The position numbers and the translations under genes were made by a program. The notes under the pieces are model-generated. The model ran no database searches, was not told the origin of the DNA, and worked only from the letters and a program-made list of their open reading frames with translations. A stretch of 45,315 nt of DNA from Bacteroidales bacterium (GTDB taxonomy: Bacteria; Bacteroidota; Bacteroidia; Bacteroidales; ML635J-15), in NCBI GenBank assembly GCA_035388205.1, contig DAOOPK010000001.1, positions 1-45,315 on the forward strand, read 5' to 3'. Of this stretch, positions 1 to 9,076 are shown one piece after another (positions within the stretch are counted from its first letter, which is position 1; each line of letters opens with the position of its first letter).

Positions 1-889
1 TTTTAAGACCAAAATCTTCCGAAACTTGTTTTCCAACTTTAGTATCAGCATTATGGAATGCCGGTAAGCAATGCATAAATTTCACATTAGGATTACTAGA
101 TTTTTTCATTATTGCAGTATTTACCTGATATGGTTTTAAGAGTTTAATTCTTTCTGCCCATACTTCTTTTGGTTCGCCCATTGATACCCAAACATCTGTG
201 TGAATATAATCAACACCTTTAACAGCTTCTTCAGGTTTTTCGGTAATTTTAACTCTTGCTCCTGATTCTTTAGCAATTTTCTGACAGGTCTTGATTAATT
301 CTGCATCAGGCCATAGCTTTTTAGGGGCACCGATTCGCACATCCATACCTAGAATAGTTCCTATAACCAGTAATGAACGACCCATATTATAACGTGCATC
401 ACCAAGATAAGCATAAGATATCTGTTCCAATGGTTTATCAGAATGTTCGATCATTGTCAAAACATCAGCCATCATCTGAGTAGGATGCCATTCATTTGTT
501 AGGCCATTCCAAACGGGAACGCCGGCATATTTTGCCAATTCTTCTACAATAGCATGTCCGAACCCACGATATTCAATTCCATCAAACATTCTGCCCAAAA
601 CACGAGCCGTATCTTTAACGGTTTCTTTGTGTCCCATTTGGCTGCCAGTAGGTTCCAAATATGTAACATGTGCTCCTTGGTCGTGAGCGGCTACTTCAAA
701 AGCACAACGGGTGCGTGTAGACGTTTTTTCAAAGATCAAAGCAATGTTTTTGCCTGTTAAGCGAGGCTGCTCTGTTCCTGCATATTTTGCATTTTTCAAA
801 TCTTTCGACAAATTCAAAAGAAATACCAATTCTTCTTTTGTAAAGTCTAATTCTTTCAAGAAATTTCTGTTTCTAAGATTAAAAGCCAT
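1..889 (-). CDS. argF: Ornithine carbamoyltransferase, C-terminal end runs off the window edge (start codon at 887-889)
   Basis: Manual minus-strand translation gives [21 protein letters not shown]... with the STRTR carbamoyl-phosphate motif, HPTQ and FMHCLPAFH motifs. Absent from the ORF track because no stop lies inside the window. It sits next to carbamate kinase, which is arcB-type (catabolic) context. Confidence 0.9.
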   Translation of the reverse strand, partial: MAFNLRNRNFLKELDFTKEELVFLLNLSKDLKNAKYAGTEQPRLTGKNIALIFEKTSTRTRCAFEVAAHDQGAHVTYLEPTGSQMGHKETVKDTARVLGRMFDGIEYRGFGHAIVEELAKYAGVPVWNGLTNEWHPTQMMADVLTMIEHSDKPLEQISYAYLGDARYNMGRSLLVIGTILGMDVRIGAPKKLWPDAELIKTCQKIAKESGARVKITEKPEEAVKGVDYIHTDVWVSMGEPKEVWAERIKLLKPYQVNTAIMKKSSNPNVKFMHCLPAFHNADTKVGKQVSEDFGLK

Positions 890-932
890 GATTTTATTTT
901 ATTTAAGTTATTATTCTAATTTAAGTCTCATA

Positions 933-1883
933 TTAGCGTACAATTCGGGTTTGATAGATGGGTTCATCAACACTGTCGGGGAAGTGTAAAAACACACATT
1001 CACTGCCACCATTTTCGATAAAACTCACTGCACCTTTGATTTTGGGGGCCATGCCGCCGGCACTAAAAATCCCTTCTTCAATATATTTTTTTGCTTCCGC
1101 AATCGGAATAACATCCAAAACTTTTCCTTTGGTTTCTGGTGTATCAATAATAATTCTCTTTAAATCTGTGAAAATATAAAACTCATCGGCTTTTGCTTGT
1201 GAAGCAAGTAGGGCAGACGTATGGTCTTTATCGATAACGGCATCTATTCCCAGCAAGTTTTTTTGTTCATCATAATAAACGGGAATTCCTCCACCACCAG
1301 CAGCGACAACAATATGTCCATCTCGGGCTAGTTTTTCAATCACTTTGCTATTCCCAACCTGTTTGGGCAGAGGGGAAGGAACAATTTTGCGCCAACCAAT
1401 TCCGTCTGGATCTTCTTTGAACAAAGAATTTGTGTCTGCAGAAAGTTTTTCTGCCTCTTCTTTTGTATAATAAGGTCCAATCGGTTTTGTTGGATTTTTA
1501 AAAGCAGGATCATTTTTATCTACCAAAACTTGAGTTATTAGATTTACAACGCCTCTTTCTAAATCTTTGGTGGGTAGAATATTTCTAAGTTGTTGTTCAA
1601 TCAAATATCCTATAAAACCTTGTGAATATGCTCCACAAACATCCAAAGGCATTTCTGGAATACCATACATTTTAGCTCCCGCATTGTTTTGCAATAATAT
1701 ATTGCCCACTTGCGGTCCGTTTCCATGTATAATTATAAGATTATGATTTTCTTTTAGTATGCTAAATAGAATTTCGCAAGCTCTTCGCACATTTGTTTTT
1801 TGTTCGTCAATGGTGCCCTCTTGTCCGGCTCTTAAGATTGCATTCCCTCCAAAAGCAACAACAGCTAATTTCTTTTCTGCCAT
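933..1883 (-). CDS. arcC: Carbamate kinase
   Basis: 316 aa. N-terminus VVAFGGNAIL, then HGNGPQVG, and an internal GGGGIPV motif typical of carbamate kinase. Lies 43 nt downstream of the OTC gene on the same strand. Confidence 0.9.
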   Translation of the reverse strand: MAEKKLAVVAFGGNAILRAGQEGTIDEQKTNVRRACEILFSILKENHNLIIIHGNGPQVGNILLQNNAGAKMYGIPEMPLDVCGAYSQGFIGYLIEQQLRNILPTKDLERGVVNLITQVLVDKNDPAFKNPTKPIGPYYTKEEAEKLSADTNSLFKEDPDGIGWRKIVPSPLPKQVGNSKVIEKLARDGHIVVAAGGGGIPVYYDEQKNLLGIDAVIDKDHTSALLASQAKADEFYIFTDLKRIIIDTPETKGKVLDVIPIAEAKKYIEEGIFSAGGMAPKIKGAVSFIENGGSECVFLHFPDSVDEPIYQTRIVR

Positions 1884-2096
1884 ATATTTACAATTTTATG
1901 TTAGAACGCAAATCTAAATCATTTTTATTGAAAAAAAACAAAAATATGTTATATAGCAGTTTATTATTAATATTATGATAAAATTTTCATAAACTTAAGT
2001 TAAAAAAAGAACACAGGTGATTTATTTAAATTATTTATTTATTTTTGTGGTATGTAAATTGTAAAAATATTAAACTTTAACAATAAATTTTTAATT

Positions 2097-2774
2097 ATGA
2101 AAACAACTTTTGGTTTATTATGTATTTTGCTAAGTCTAAGCATTACCATTTCGGGATATGCTCAGAAAGCAAAAAAAGTAAAGTCTTTTGGAGGTATCAT
2201 TACTTATGATATAACATACGAAGGAGAAGGTATTGATGCCACAACTTTGGCACAGTTGCCATCGCAATTAGTAGTAAGTATAAACGGGAATAAAATCCGT
2301 AACGAACAAATTTCACCATTATATTCTATGTCTTCAATTTCAAATTTTGATGATGGTTCAACTATAGTTTTAATTGATATGATGGGGATGAAAATTGCCG
2401 TTAATCAATCAAAAGAAGAAATGGAGAAAAATTTGGCAGAAGCAGGTATTAAAGATCCTGAAATAAAAATACTGGATGAAACAAAAGTAATTGCAGGTTA
2501 CAATTGTAAGAAAGCCGAAGTTACTACAGGTGAAGATGTAGTTGAAGTTTACTTTACAGACGAACTTATTGTTCCTGCTGGAATTAACGATCAAAACGGT
2601 TTTAAAGGAATTAATGGTCTTTTAATGCAATATACTGTCAATCAGCAGGGTATGATTATGACTATGACTGTTAAGGAAATTAAAAAAGCTAAAGTAAAAT
2701 CGGGGATGTTTGTAATTCCTGACGATTATGAGATAAAGACTGCTGAGGAACTTGGCGGGATGCTTGGTGGATAA
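2097..2774 (+). CDS. Hypothetical secreted protein (signal peptide, cleavage near SGYAQ)
   Basis: 225-aa ORF with an ATG start and N-terminal hydrophobic signal sequence. No catalytic motif recognised. Confidence 0.6.
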   Translation: MKTTFGLLCILLSLSITISGYAQKAKKVKSFGGIITYDITYEGEGIDATTLAQLPSQLVVSINGNKIRNEQISPLYSMSSISNFDDGSTIVLIDMMGMKIAVNQSKEEMEKNLAEAGIKDPEIKILDETKVIAGYNCKKAEVTTGEDVVEVYFTDELIVPAGINDQNGFKGINGLLMQYTVNQQGMIMTMTVKEIKKAKVKSGMFVIPDDYEIKTAEELGGMLGG

Positions 2775-2800
2775 AATTCTTAATAAAATATTTTTTAAAG

Positions 2801-2826
2801 AATCCTCTGTATGAGGATTTTTTTTA
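2801..2826 (+). terminator. Rho-independent terminator-like hairpin
   Basis: aatcctc / gaggatt 7-bp stem (2801-2807 and 2813-2819) with a 5-nt loop, followed by a T8 run. Lies 27 nt after the stop of 2097..2774. Confidence 0.6.
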
Positions 2827-2836
2827 TTTTTACGCG

Positions 2837-5251
2837 ATGACAAAAAGTAAAACTAAACCGTCAGATGAAAAGTCGTCCACAAAGCGAAAAAAACCTCTTA
2901 TATCATTTTTTAAAGGGGTAGTTAGTTTTGTGAAGGATGAGAAATTCAGGGTAAGTCTTGGATTTCTCCTGTTGGCATTTGCTTTGGTTTTATGTTTATC
3001 CTTTACTTCATATCTTTTTACATGGAAAGCAGATCAAAGTATTTTGGGAATGGGACTTAAAGGACTATTTTCAAATAGTACTTTTCAGGTAGAAAACTGG
3101 ATGGGGAAATTAGGAGCAGTCCTGTCAAATAAATTCATTTACGATTGGTTTGGAGTAGCTTCATTTGCTTTTGTTTTGACTTTTGGGGTTTTTGGTTTTA
3201 ATCTGTTAAATGTTAAGTTGGCAAATCCATGGAGCTTCGCGTTCATAAGCCTTATATTTACAATCTGGACAAGTCTTGCTCTTGCCTCATTATTTTCTGA
3301 TAAATATTTTATGATTGGTGGAGCACACGGATATTTTATTTTCAAATGGTTAAATGGGGTAATAGGAAAAATCGGAACATATACGATAATTGTTTTTACT
3401 GCATTTCTTATTACAGTTTACACTTTCAAAAATTCCTTACCATGGTTAAAAAATATGGTAAATAGAATTTCAAAAGTTAAAAAGGAAGATTTTGAAGAAA
3501 ATTTGACAGATATTGTTGAAACTGCTCCAGAGAACATTGAAGAAGACCCTAATGAAAAAGGTGAAGTAATTTTGCTTGGAGACAACACTGATGATACGGA
3601 ATTAGTCGAAGACAAACCAATAGTAAATGAAGTTACTGAAACAGAAGTCCCTGTTGAAGATACTGGTTTGTCTTTAGCTGTTAATGACATTATTGAAGAA
3701 GAGGCTCTGACTGATGAAGAAATAAATTCGGATTTCATTCAAGATTTTGACCCCACAAAGGACCTTGAATTTTATAAGATGCCTACACTAGAGTTGTTAA
3801 CTGATTATCCATCAAAAAAATCAGATGTAACAAGAGATGAGTTAAATGCAAATAAAGATAAAATTGTGAAGACTTTGTTGGATTATAAAATTGAGATTTC
3901 ACGAATAACAGCAACGATAGGTCCAACGGTTACTTTATATGAAATAGTTCCAGCACCGGGTGTAAGAATATCAAAAATCAAAAACCTTGAAGACGATATT
4001 GCATTGAGTCTTGCTGCATTGGGGATAAGAATAATTGCACCGATGCCCGGAAAAGGTACTATTGGTATAGAAGTACCCAATTCGAAACCGGAAACTGTAT
4101 CAATGAGATCGGTAATTAAATCTGCAAAGTTTCAGGAGTCATCATATGAATTACCTGTTGCATTAGGTAAGACAATTTCAAATGAAACATATGTCTTCAA
4201 TCTGGCAAAAACACCTCACCTGCTGGTTGCTGGAGCTACTGGTATGGGCAAATCAGTTGGCGTAAATGCTATAATAACTTCATTACTTTACAAAAAGCAC
4301 CCATCACAATTAAAATTTGTTTTCGTAGATCCTAAAATGGTAGAGTTGTCAATTTACAGCAGGATTGAAAAACATTATCTGGCAAAATTACCTGGAGAGG
4401 ATTCTGCAATCATTACCGATGTAACTAAAGTAGTTCCAGTCATGAATTCATTATGTATTGAGATGGATAGTCGTTATGCTTTATTAACACAAGCAGGAGT
4501 AAGAAATATTACTGAATACAACACAAAATTTATTTCACGAAAACTGAATCCGAACAAGGGACATTACTTTATGCCTTATATAGTTGTTGTAATAGATGAA
4601 TTTGCAGATATTATTATTCAGGAAGGCAAACAAATTGAAGCTCCGATATCACGTCTTGCCGCAAAAGCCAGAGCAATTGGAATTCATCTTATTGTTGCAA
4701 CACAGCGTCCTTCGACCGATGTTATCACAGGAGTAATTAAAGCGAATTTTCCGACACGTATTGCATTTAAAGTAACAAACGGTCACGATTCGAAAACTAT
4801 ACTGGATACAACCGGAGCAAATCAGCTTATAGGCAGGGGAGATATGTTAATTTCAGAAACCGGTAAAATAATACGTTTACAATGTGCATTTATTGATACG
4901 CCTGAAGTAGAACATCTCGTTGATCATATAAGTTCGCAGCAGGGATATCCACATGCTTTGGAATTGCCTGAACCTGAAATGCCCGAAACAGGCGGAGGAA
5001 ATCTGGATCCAAATGAGAAGGATGAATTTTTTGAAGAAGCAGCTCGTATTGTTGTACGACATCAGCAAGGTTCTACATCCCTTATACAACGTAAAATGAG
5101 CATTGGTTATAATCGTGCTGGAAGAATCATTGACCAACTTGAGGCAGCCGGGATAGTCGGTCCTTACGAAGGGAGTAAAGCTCGGCAGGTATTTTATCCT
5201 GACGAAGTATCTTTGGAACAGTATTTGAATAGTCTGAACTCAAATAAATAA
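2837..5251 (+). CDS. ftsK: DNA translocase FtsK/SpoIIIE
   Basis: 804 aa with N-terminal TM helices and an acidic linker. Walker A is GATGMGKS and Walker B is VVVIDEFAD. The C-terminal gamma winged helix reads STSLIQRKMSIGYNRAGRIIDQLEAAGIVG. Confidence 0.95.
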   Translation: MTKSKTKPSDEKSSTKRKKPLISFFKGVVSFVKDEKFRVSLGFLLLAFALVLCLSFTSYLFTWKADQSILGMGLKGLFSNSTFQVENWMGKLGAVLSNKFIYDWFGVASFAFVLTFGVFGFNLLNVKLANPWSFAFISLIFTIWTSLALASLFSDKYFMIGGAHGYFIFKWLNGVIGKIGTYTIIVFTAFLITVYTFKNSLPWLKNMVNRISKVKKEDFEENLTDIVETAPENIEEDPNEKGEVILLGDNTDDTELVEDKPIVNEVTETEVPVEDTGLSLAVNDIIEEEALTDEEINSDFIQDFDPTKDLEFYKMPTLELLTDYPSKKSDVTRDELNANKDKIVKTLLDYKIEISRITATIGPTVTLYEIVPAPGVRISKIKNLEDDIALSLAALGIRIIAPMPGKGTIGIEVPNSKPETVSMRSVIKSAKFQESSYELPVALGKTISNETYVFNLAKTPHLLVAGATGMGKSVGVNAIITSLLYKKHPSQLKFVFVDPKMVELSIYSRIEKHYLAKLPGEDSAIITDVTKVVPVMNSLCIEMDSRYALLTQAGVRNITEYNTKFISRKLNPNKGHYFMPYIVVVIDEFADIIIQEGKQIEAPISRLAAKARAIGIHLIVATQRPSTDVITGVIKANFPTRIAFKVTNGHDSKTILDTTGANQLIGRGDMLISETGKIIRLQCAFIDTPEVEHLVDHISSQQGYPHALELPEPEMPETGGGNLDPNEKDEFFEEAARIVVRHQQGSTSLIQRKMSIGYNRAGRIIDQLEAAGIVGPYEGSKARQVFYPDEVSLEQYLNSLNSNK

Positions 5252-5261
5252 ATTATAAAAA

Positions 5262-5909
5262 ATGAAACAGAATCTTTTAATTATTTGCCTGTTGATTTTA
5301 TCATTTACAGGTTTTAGTCAGAACGATGCAGCAGCAACAACATTATTGGATGAGGTATCAGCAAAAGCTGAGAATTACTCAAGTCTTAAAATTGAATTTA
5401 CGATGTTTGTCGAAAATCTTCATAATGCAAAAAGAGAAACACATGTTGGTAGCGCTAGTTATAAATCAGGTTATTACAAACTTGACATAATGGGGCAAAT
5501 AGTACATTCAGATGGAAAAACAAACTGGACATATCTGAAAGATGCTGAAGAAGTAAACATTACTAACAACGAAGACAACCAGAATATAATGATAAATCCT
5601 CAGTCTTTGCTCAAAGATTATAAAAATAATTTTAAGGTTAAATATATAGCCGATAAATTTGAGAAGAATCGTCCATTGGTTGAGATAGACCTAATTCCTA
5701 AAGTTATTGAAAATAAAAAGTATAGTAAGATTACTGTAAAAATTGATAAAACCAAAAAACAGATATATAGTGCCAGATATGTTGGTAAAGACGGCGTGAG
5801 TTATTTAATTGAGATTTCCAAATTTACAGAGAATCCTTCAATTCCGGATTCTGAAATTAAATTTAGCAATAGTCTTTATCCTGAAGCTGAAATAATTGAT
5901 ATGAGGTAA
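5262..5909 (+). CDS. lolA: LolA-like outer-membrane lipoprotein carrier protein
   Basis: 215 aa with a signal peptide, and size and composition typical of the LolA fold. The conserved ftsK-lolA adjacency supports the call. Confidence 0.65.
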   Translation: MKQNLLIICLLILSFTGFSQNDAAATTLLDEVSAKAENYSSLKIEFTMFVENLHNAKRETHVGSASYKSGYYKLDIMGQIVHSDGKTNWTYLKDAEEVNITNNEDNQNIMINPQSLLKDYKNNFKVKYIADKFEKNRPLVEIDLIPKVIENKKYSKITVKIDKTKKQIYSARYVGKDGVSYLIEISKFTENPSIPDSEIKFSNSLYPEAEIIDMR

Positions 5910-5937
5910 AATATTTCTTGTTTTAGCAATATTTTAT

Positions 5938-5967
5938 TTTGAGATAAAAATAGAATTTGTATTTTTG
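5938..5967 (+). promoter_or_regulatory. Candidate Bacteroidota sigma-A-type promoter for tRNA-Ser
   Basis: TTTG (5938-5941), 18-nt spacer, then TATTTTTG (5960-5967, fits TAnnTTTG), about 19 nt upstream of the tRNA 5' end. Confidence 0.4.
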
Positions 5968-5985
5968 CATTCTCATTTACCACAT

Positions 5986-6075
<90 letters not shown>

Positions 6076-6079
6076 ATCC

Positions 6080-6113
6080 AAAACAAATCCCCGCGATAGT
6101 GGGGATTTGTTTT
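6080..6113 (+). terminator. Terminator-like hairpin after tRNA-Ser(GCT)
   Basis: 12-bp stem aaacaaatcccc (6081-6092) / ggggatttgttt (6101-6112), 8-nt loop, ending in a T run. Confidence 0.6.
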
Positions 6114-6191
6114 AATACCAAAATTTTATGAAAGCTCGCTTTCAGATGAAATTTTGGTATTAACACAAATAAATTTTGCAAAGCAAAATTT
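6114..6191. other. Two further stem-loops: a long imperfect hairpin at 6114-6161 and a 9-bp hairpin at 6171-6191
   Basis: aataccaaaattt (6114-6126) pairs perfectly with aaattttggtatt (6149-6161), with an inner tgaaag/ctttca helix. aaattttgc (6171-6179) pairs with gcaaaattt (6183-6191) around loop aaa. Confidence 0.6.
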
Positions 6192-6216
6192 GGTTTTGGA
6201 TGCTTACCTCCCCTTT

Positions 6217-6363
6217 GGGATCACAAACGAGCGAAGCGAGTTTGTAATCCCAGTAAAAACATTCATCTCTGAGAAGGCAAACGAGCTGTGCGAGTTTGTC
6301 TTCTCATTATAATAGTTCATCTCTGAGAAAACAAACGAGCTGTGCGAGTTTGTATTCCTTCTT
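6217..6363. repeat. Three tandem 54-bp units, each carrying a conserved hairpin core CAAACGAGC-NNN-GCGAGTTTG
   Basis: Cores start at 6224, 6278 and 6332, an exact 54-bp period. Units 2 and 3 share ttcatctctgagaaRRcaaacgagctgtgcgagtttgt. Units 1 and 2 have different but self-complementary outer stems (gggat/atccc versus gagaag/cttctc). Confidence 0.8.
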
Positions 6364-6474
6364 CACAAAAGTTTTAATCTATAAAATCAATTTCCTACCA
6401 AGCAATGATAAATTTATTATTTTTGTGCTTTCTAAAAACTTTAAAGTTCTTTAAAACAATATTAGATAATTGAT

Positions 6475-6562
6475 GGAGAGATGCCGGAGTGGTCGATCGG
6501 GGCGGTCTCGAAAACCGTTGTCCGCTTTCCGCGGACCCAGGGTTCGAATCCCTGTCTCTCCG
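6475..6562 (+). tRNA. tRNA-Ser (anticodon CGA)
   Basis: Manual fold gives acceptor GGAGAGA / TCTCTCC, anticodon stem GCGGT/ACCGT with loop CTCGAAA, a long variable arm, and T arm CAGGG-TTCGAAT-CCCTG. Confidence 0.9.
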
Positions 6563-6568
6563 CAAATG

Positions 6569-6600
6569 AAAAACCCACCTAATTAAGATGGGTTTTATTT
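6569..6600. terminator. Hairpin between tRNA-Ser(CGA) and the convergent cysteine synthase gene, possibly a bidirectional terminator
   Basis: aaaccca (6571-6577) pairs with tgggttt (6589-6595). It is flanked by an A run upstream and a T run downstream. Confidence 0.55.
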
Positions 6601-6602
6601 GT

Positions 6603-7517
6603 TTATAAAGTTTTCTTTTCCTCGCTTTTAAACAAATCAGTACTTAAATATTTTTCACCACGATCAGGGAAAATCGTCACAATTCTTCCCGAATTTATGC
6701 TTTTTGCAATTTCTACTGCTGCATACATAGCCGCTCCGCTACTCATTCCACAAAATATTCCTTCTTCTTTTACAATTCTCCTGGTCATGGCAAAAGCATC
6801 CTCTGTGTTAACCATTATTTTTATATCAATTTTATCTGGATCATATATAGCTGGTATGATAGCTTCGCTCATATTTTTTAATCCTTGTATATAATGTCCT
6901 TCTACAGGTTCGGCACAAACGATTTGAATGTTGGGATTGTATTCCTTTAATACTTTACCCACTCCCATTATAGTACCTGAAGTTCCTATTGCAGATACGA
7001 AATAATCAATTCTACCGTTTGTTTGTTTCCATATTTCCTCACCTGTGGTTTTGTAATGTGCGACTCCATTATATTTGTTTGAGAACTGATCTGTCATAAA
7101 GTACTTCACCGGATTTTCTTCAACAATTTTACGAACTTTACGAATAGCTCCGTCTGTTCCATATTTAGCATCGGTTAAAACTACTTTTGCTCCAAATGCT
7201 TCAATCATTTTAATGCGTTCAACCGAAACAGCTTCACTCATGACAATTTCAACCTTATACCCTTTAATTGCACCAATCATGGCTAAAGAAATACCTGTAT
7301 TCCCCGAAGTTGCTTCAATTATTGTTTTGTCCTTTGTAAGTTGCCCTCCTGCTTCGGCAAGTTCAAGAATTTTCAGTGCTATTCTGTCTTTTATACTTCC
7401 TGTTGGATTACGACCTTCTACTTTAACAAAAATGGATGTATTTGGATTTGGATTTAAATTGTTAATTTCAATTATAGGGGTTTCCCCAATTGTCTGAAGG
7501 ATGCTCTCATTAATCAT
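6603..7517 (-). CDS. cysK: Cysteine synthase (O-acetylserine sulfhydrylase, PLP-dependent)
   Basis: PLP-lysine motif GSIKDR and TSGNTG loop. The track start at 7571 is a GTG that adds an implausible hydrophobic leader. The ATG at 7515-7517 gives MINESILQTIGETPIIEIN, a typical CysK N-terminus. Confidence 0.88.
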   Translation of the reverse strand: MINESILQTIGETPIIEINNLNPNPNTSIFVKVEGRNPTGSIKDRIALKILELAEAGGQLTKDKTIIEATSGNTGISLAMIGAIKGYKVEIVMSEAVSVERIKMIEAFGAKVVLTDAKYGTDGAIRKVRKIVEENPVKYFMTDQFSNKYNGVAHYKTTGEEIWKQTNGRIDYFVSAIGTSGTIMGVGKVLKEYNPNIQIVCAEPVEGHYIQGLKNMSEAIIPAIYDPDKIDIKIMVNTEDAFAMTRRIVKEEGIFCGMSSGAAMYAAVEIAKSINSGRIVTIFPDRGEKYLSTDLFKSEEKKTL

Positions 7518-7595
7518 AGTTATTGTTTTATTGACAAAAGTAAAAAAAATGATAGTGTAAAAAAACAACACAACTAAAAAAATGAAAAACCTAAA

Positions 7596-8858
7596 CTAAA
7601 TATCAAAAAGCATCAGTTTTTCAATTCTTGTATCTTGCAGCTTAATTATTTTGAACTTAAATGTTTTACCATTGTCATTGATTGTCAATATGCTTCCCTC
7701 TTTTGGAAAGACCCCTGTATGAAATAAAATATATCCTGCAATGGTCTCATATTCATCAGATTCGGAGAGTTCAAAACCATATTCATCATTAAATACATCA
7801 ATCTCTTGACGACCTGACAAAATAAAATTTCCTTCATTTGTAATAACAACTCCCATTTCGGGCGCATCGTGTTCGTCTTCGAATTCACCAAAAATCTCTT
7901 CAAGAATATCTTCAATAGTGACCATACCGCTTGTACTTCCAAATTCGTCCACAACCACTGCAAGACTTTTGTTTTCTTTAACCAGATTTTCGAAAAGCTT
8001 CTTTGCTGACATAGTTTCAGGAACAATCAGAACCTGTCGCATAATACTGCGTAGTTTCTGAGGGTTTTTAAAAATATCCTTAACATTTACATAAGCTTCA
8101 ATCTGATCAATATTGTCTTTATAAACAAGGATATTTGAATGTCCGGACTCGATGAATTTTTCTCTTAATCCTGCAATTTCAGTATTTACAGATACTGCAA
8201 TAATATCATTTCTTGGAATTATGCATTCTCTTAATTTGATTGTCGAAAAATCCATGGCATTTTGGAAAATACGGAGTTCCTGTGATGATTTCGATTGCTT
8301 ATTCTCTGATTTGCTTTTTTCAATAATATCCTCAATATCAAGTTTGCTAAAGACTCTTTCCTGTATTGTGTAATCAACACCTGTCTTCGAGATTATCCTG
8401 ATAGCTTTAGATGAAAACCAAACTGTTGCTGATGCAATTGGATAAAACAAGTAATAGAAAACTACCAGAGGAATAGAGAATGTCTTTAAAGCAGAATTAC
8501 TCACTGCTCTGAATAATGTTTTAGGGACAAATTCGCCAAACAACAATATTATCAATGTCGAAATGATTGTTTGTAATAATAATACATAAAACTCATTAGT
8601 AATATGTTGACTTAAGGGGTTTTCCAGAATGTTAGCCATTATTATACCATAAATAACCAAAACCACATTATTACCAATGAGCATAGCAGAAATATATCTT
8701 GAAGGATTATTATTAAACATGGCTAAAATCTTTGAACTTATTCCGGTTTCTTTAGATGCCAACTCAAGCCGGAGCTTGTTAGAAGCAACAAAAGCTATTT
8801 CCATCCCCGAAAAAAACGCGGAAAATAAAATAACAATGATTAAAAATATCCAATTCAT
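7596..8858 (-). CDS. CNNM/CorC/HlyC-family membrane protein (DUF21 + CBS pair + CorC_HlyC), GldE-like in Bacteroidota
   Basis: 420 aa with N-terminal 4-TM DUF21-like region, a CBS-pair-like middle and a C-terminal transporter-associated domain. It follows lptC as in many Bacteroidota. Confidence 0.8.
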   Translation of the reverse strand: MNWIFLIIVILFSAFFSGMEIAFVASNKLRLELASKETGISSKILAMFNNNPSRYISAMLIGNNVVLVIYGIIMANILENPLSQHITNEFYVLLLQTIISTLIILLFGEFVPKTLFRAVSNSALKTFSIPLVVFYYLFYPIASATVWFSSKAIRIISKTGVDYTIQERVFSKLDIEDIIEKSKSENKQSKSSQELRIFQNAMDFSTIKLRECIIPRNDIIAVSVNTEIAGLREKFIESGHSNILVYKDNIDQIEAYVNVKDIFKNPQKLRSIMRQVLIVPETMSAKKLFENLVKENKSLAVVVDEFGSTSGMVTIEDILEEIFGEFEDEHDAPEMGVVITNEGNFILSGRQEIDVFNDEYGFELSESDEYETIAGYILFHTGVFPKEGSILTINDNGKTFKFKIIKLQDTRIEKLMLFDI

Positions 8859-9076
8859 TAATTTGAATTTCTTCTGTTTCTTTTTTCAAGATTTTTTCTT
8901 TGAATTCTTCTCACTCCAAACATGCCTATACTTACTACACTTAATGCATAAATAAGCCATACATTATTCAGACCGATTTTGCTGTGGTAATAAATTCCGA
9001 TAATCAAACAGAATACCGCCATCAAAATCCAGGCATATTCTATCAAAATAGTAAATTTGAATTTAGTCTTATTCAT
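8858..9076 (-). CDS. Small 2-TM membrane protein (72 aa), hypothetical
   Basis: ATG start. Two hydrophobic helices and a basic tail (RRIQRKNLEKRNRRNSN). Its start overlaps the lptC-like stop by 8 nt and its stop overlaps the next start by 1 nt (TAATG), suggesting translational coupling. Confidence 0.55.
   Translation of the reverse strand: MNKTKFKFTILIEYAWILMAVFCLIIGIYYHSKIGLNNVWLIYALSVVSIGMFGVRRIQRKNLEKRNRRNSN

Noticed and set aside
6217-6363. Possible miniature CRISPR array (repeats with short intervening sequence)
   Set aside because: There are only three copies and they are not identical. The repeats are about 35 nt with spacers of about 19 nt, below known spacer sizes. Part of the inter-repeat sequence is itself repeated, and no cas genes are in the window.
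7518-7571. GTG-initiated 18-residue extension of cysteine synthase
   Set aside because: The hydrophobic leader (LFFYTIIFFTFVNKTIT) is inappropriate for a cytoplasmic PLP enzyme. The ATG at 7517 gives the conserved N-terminus.
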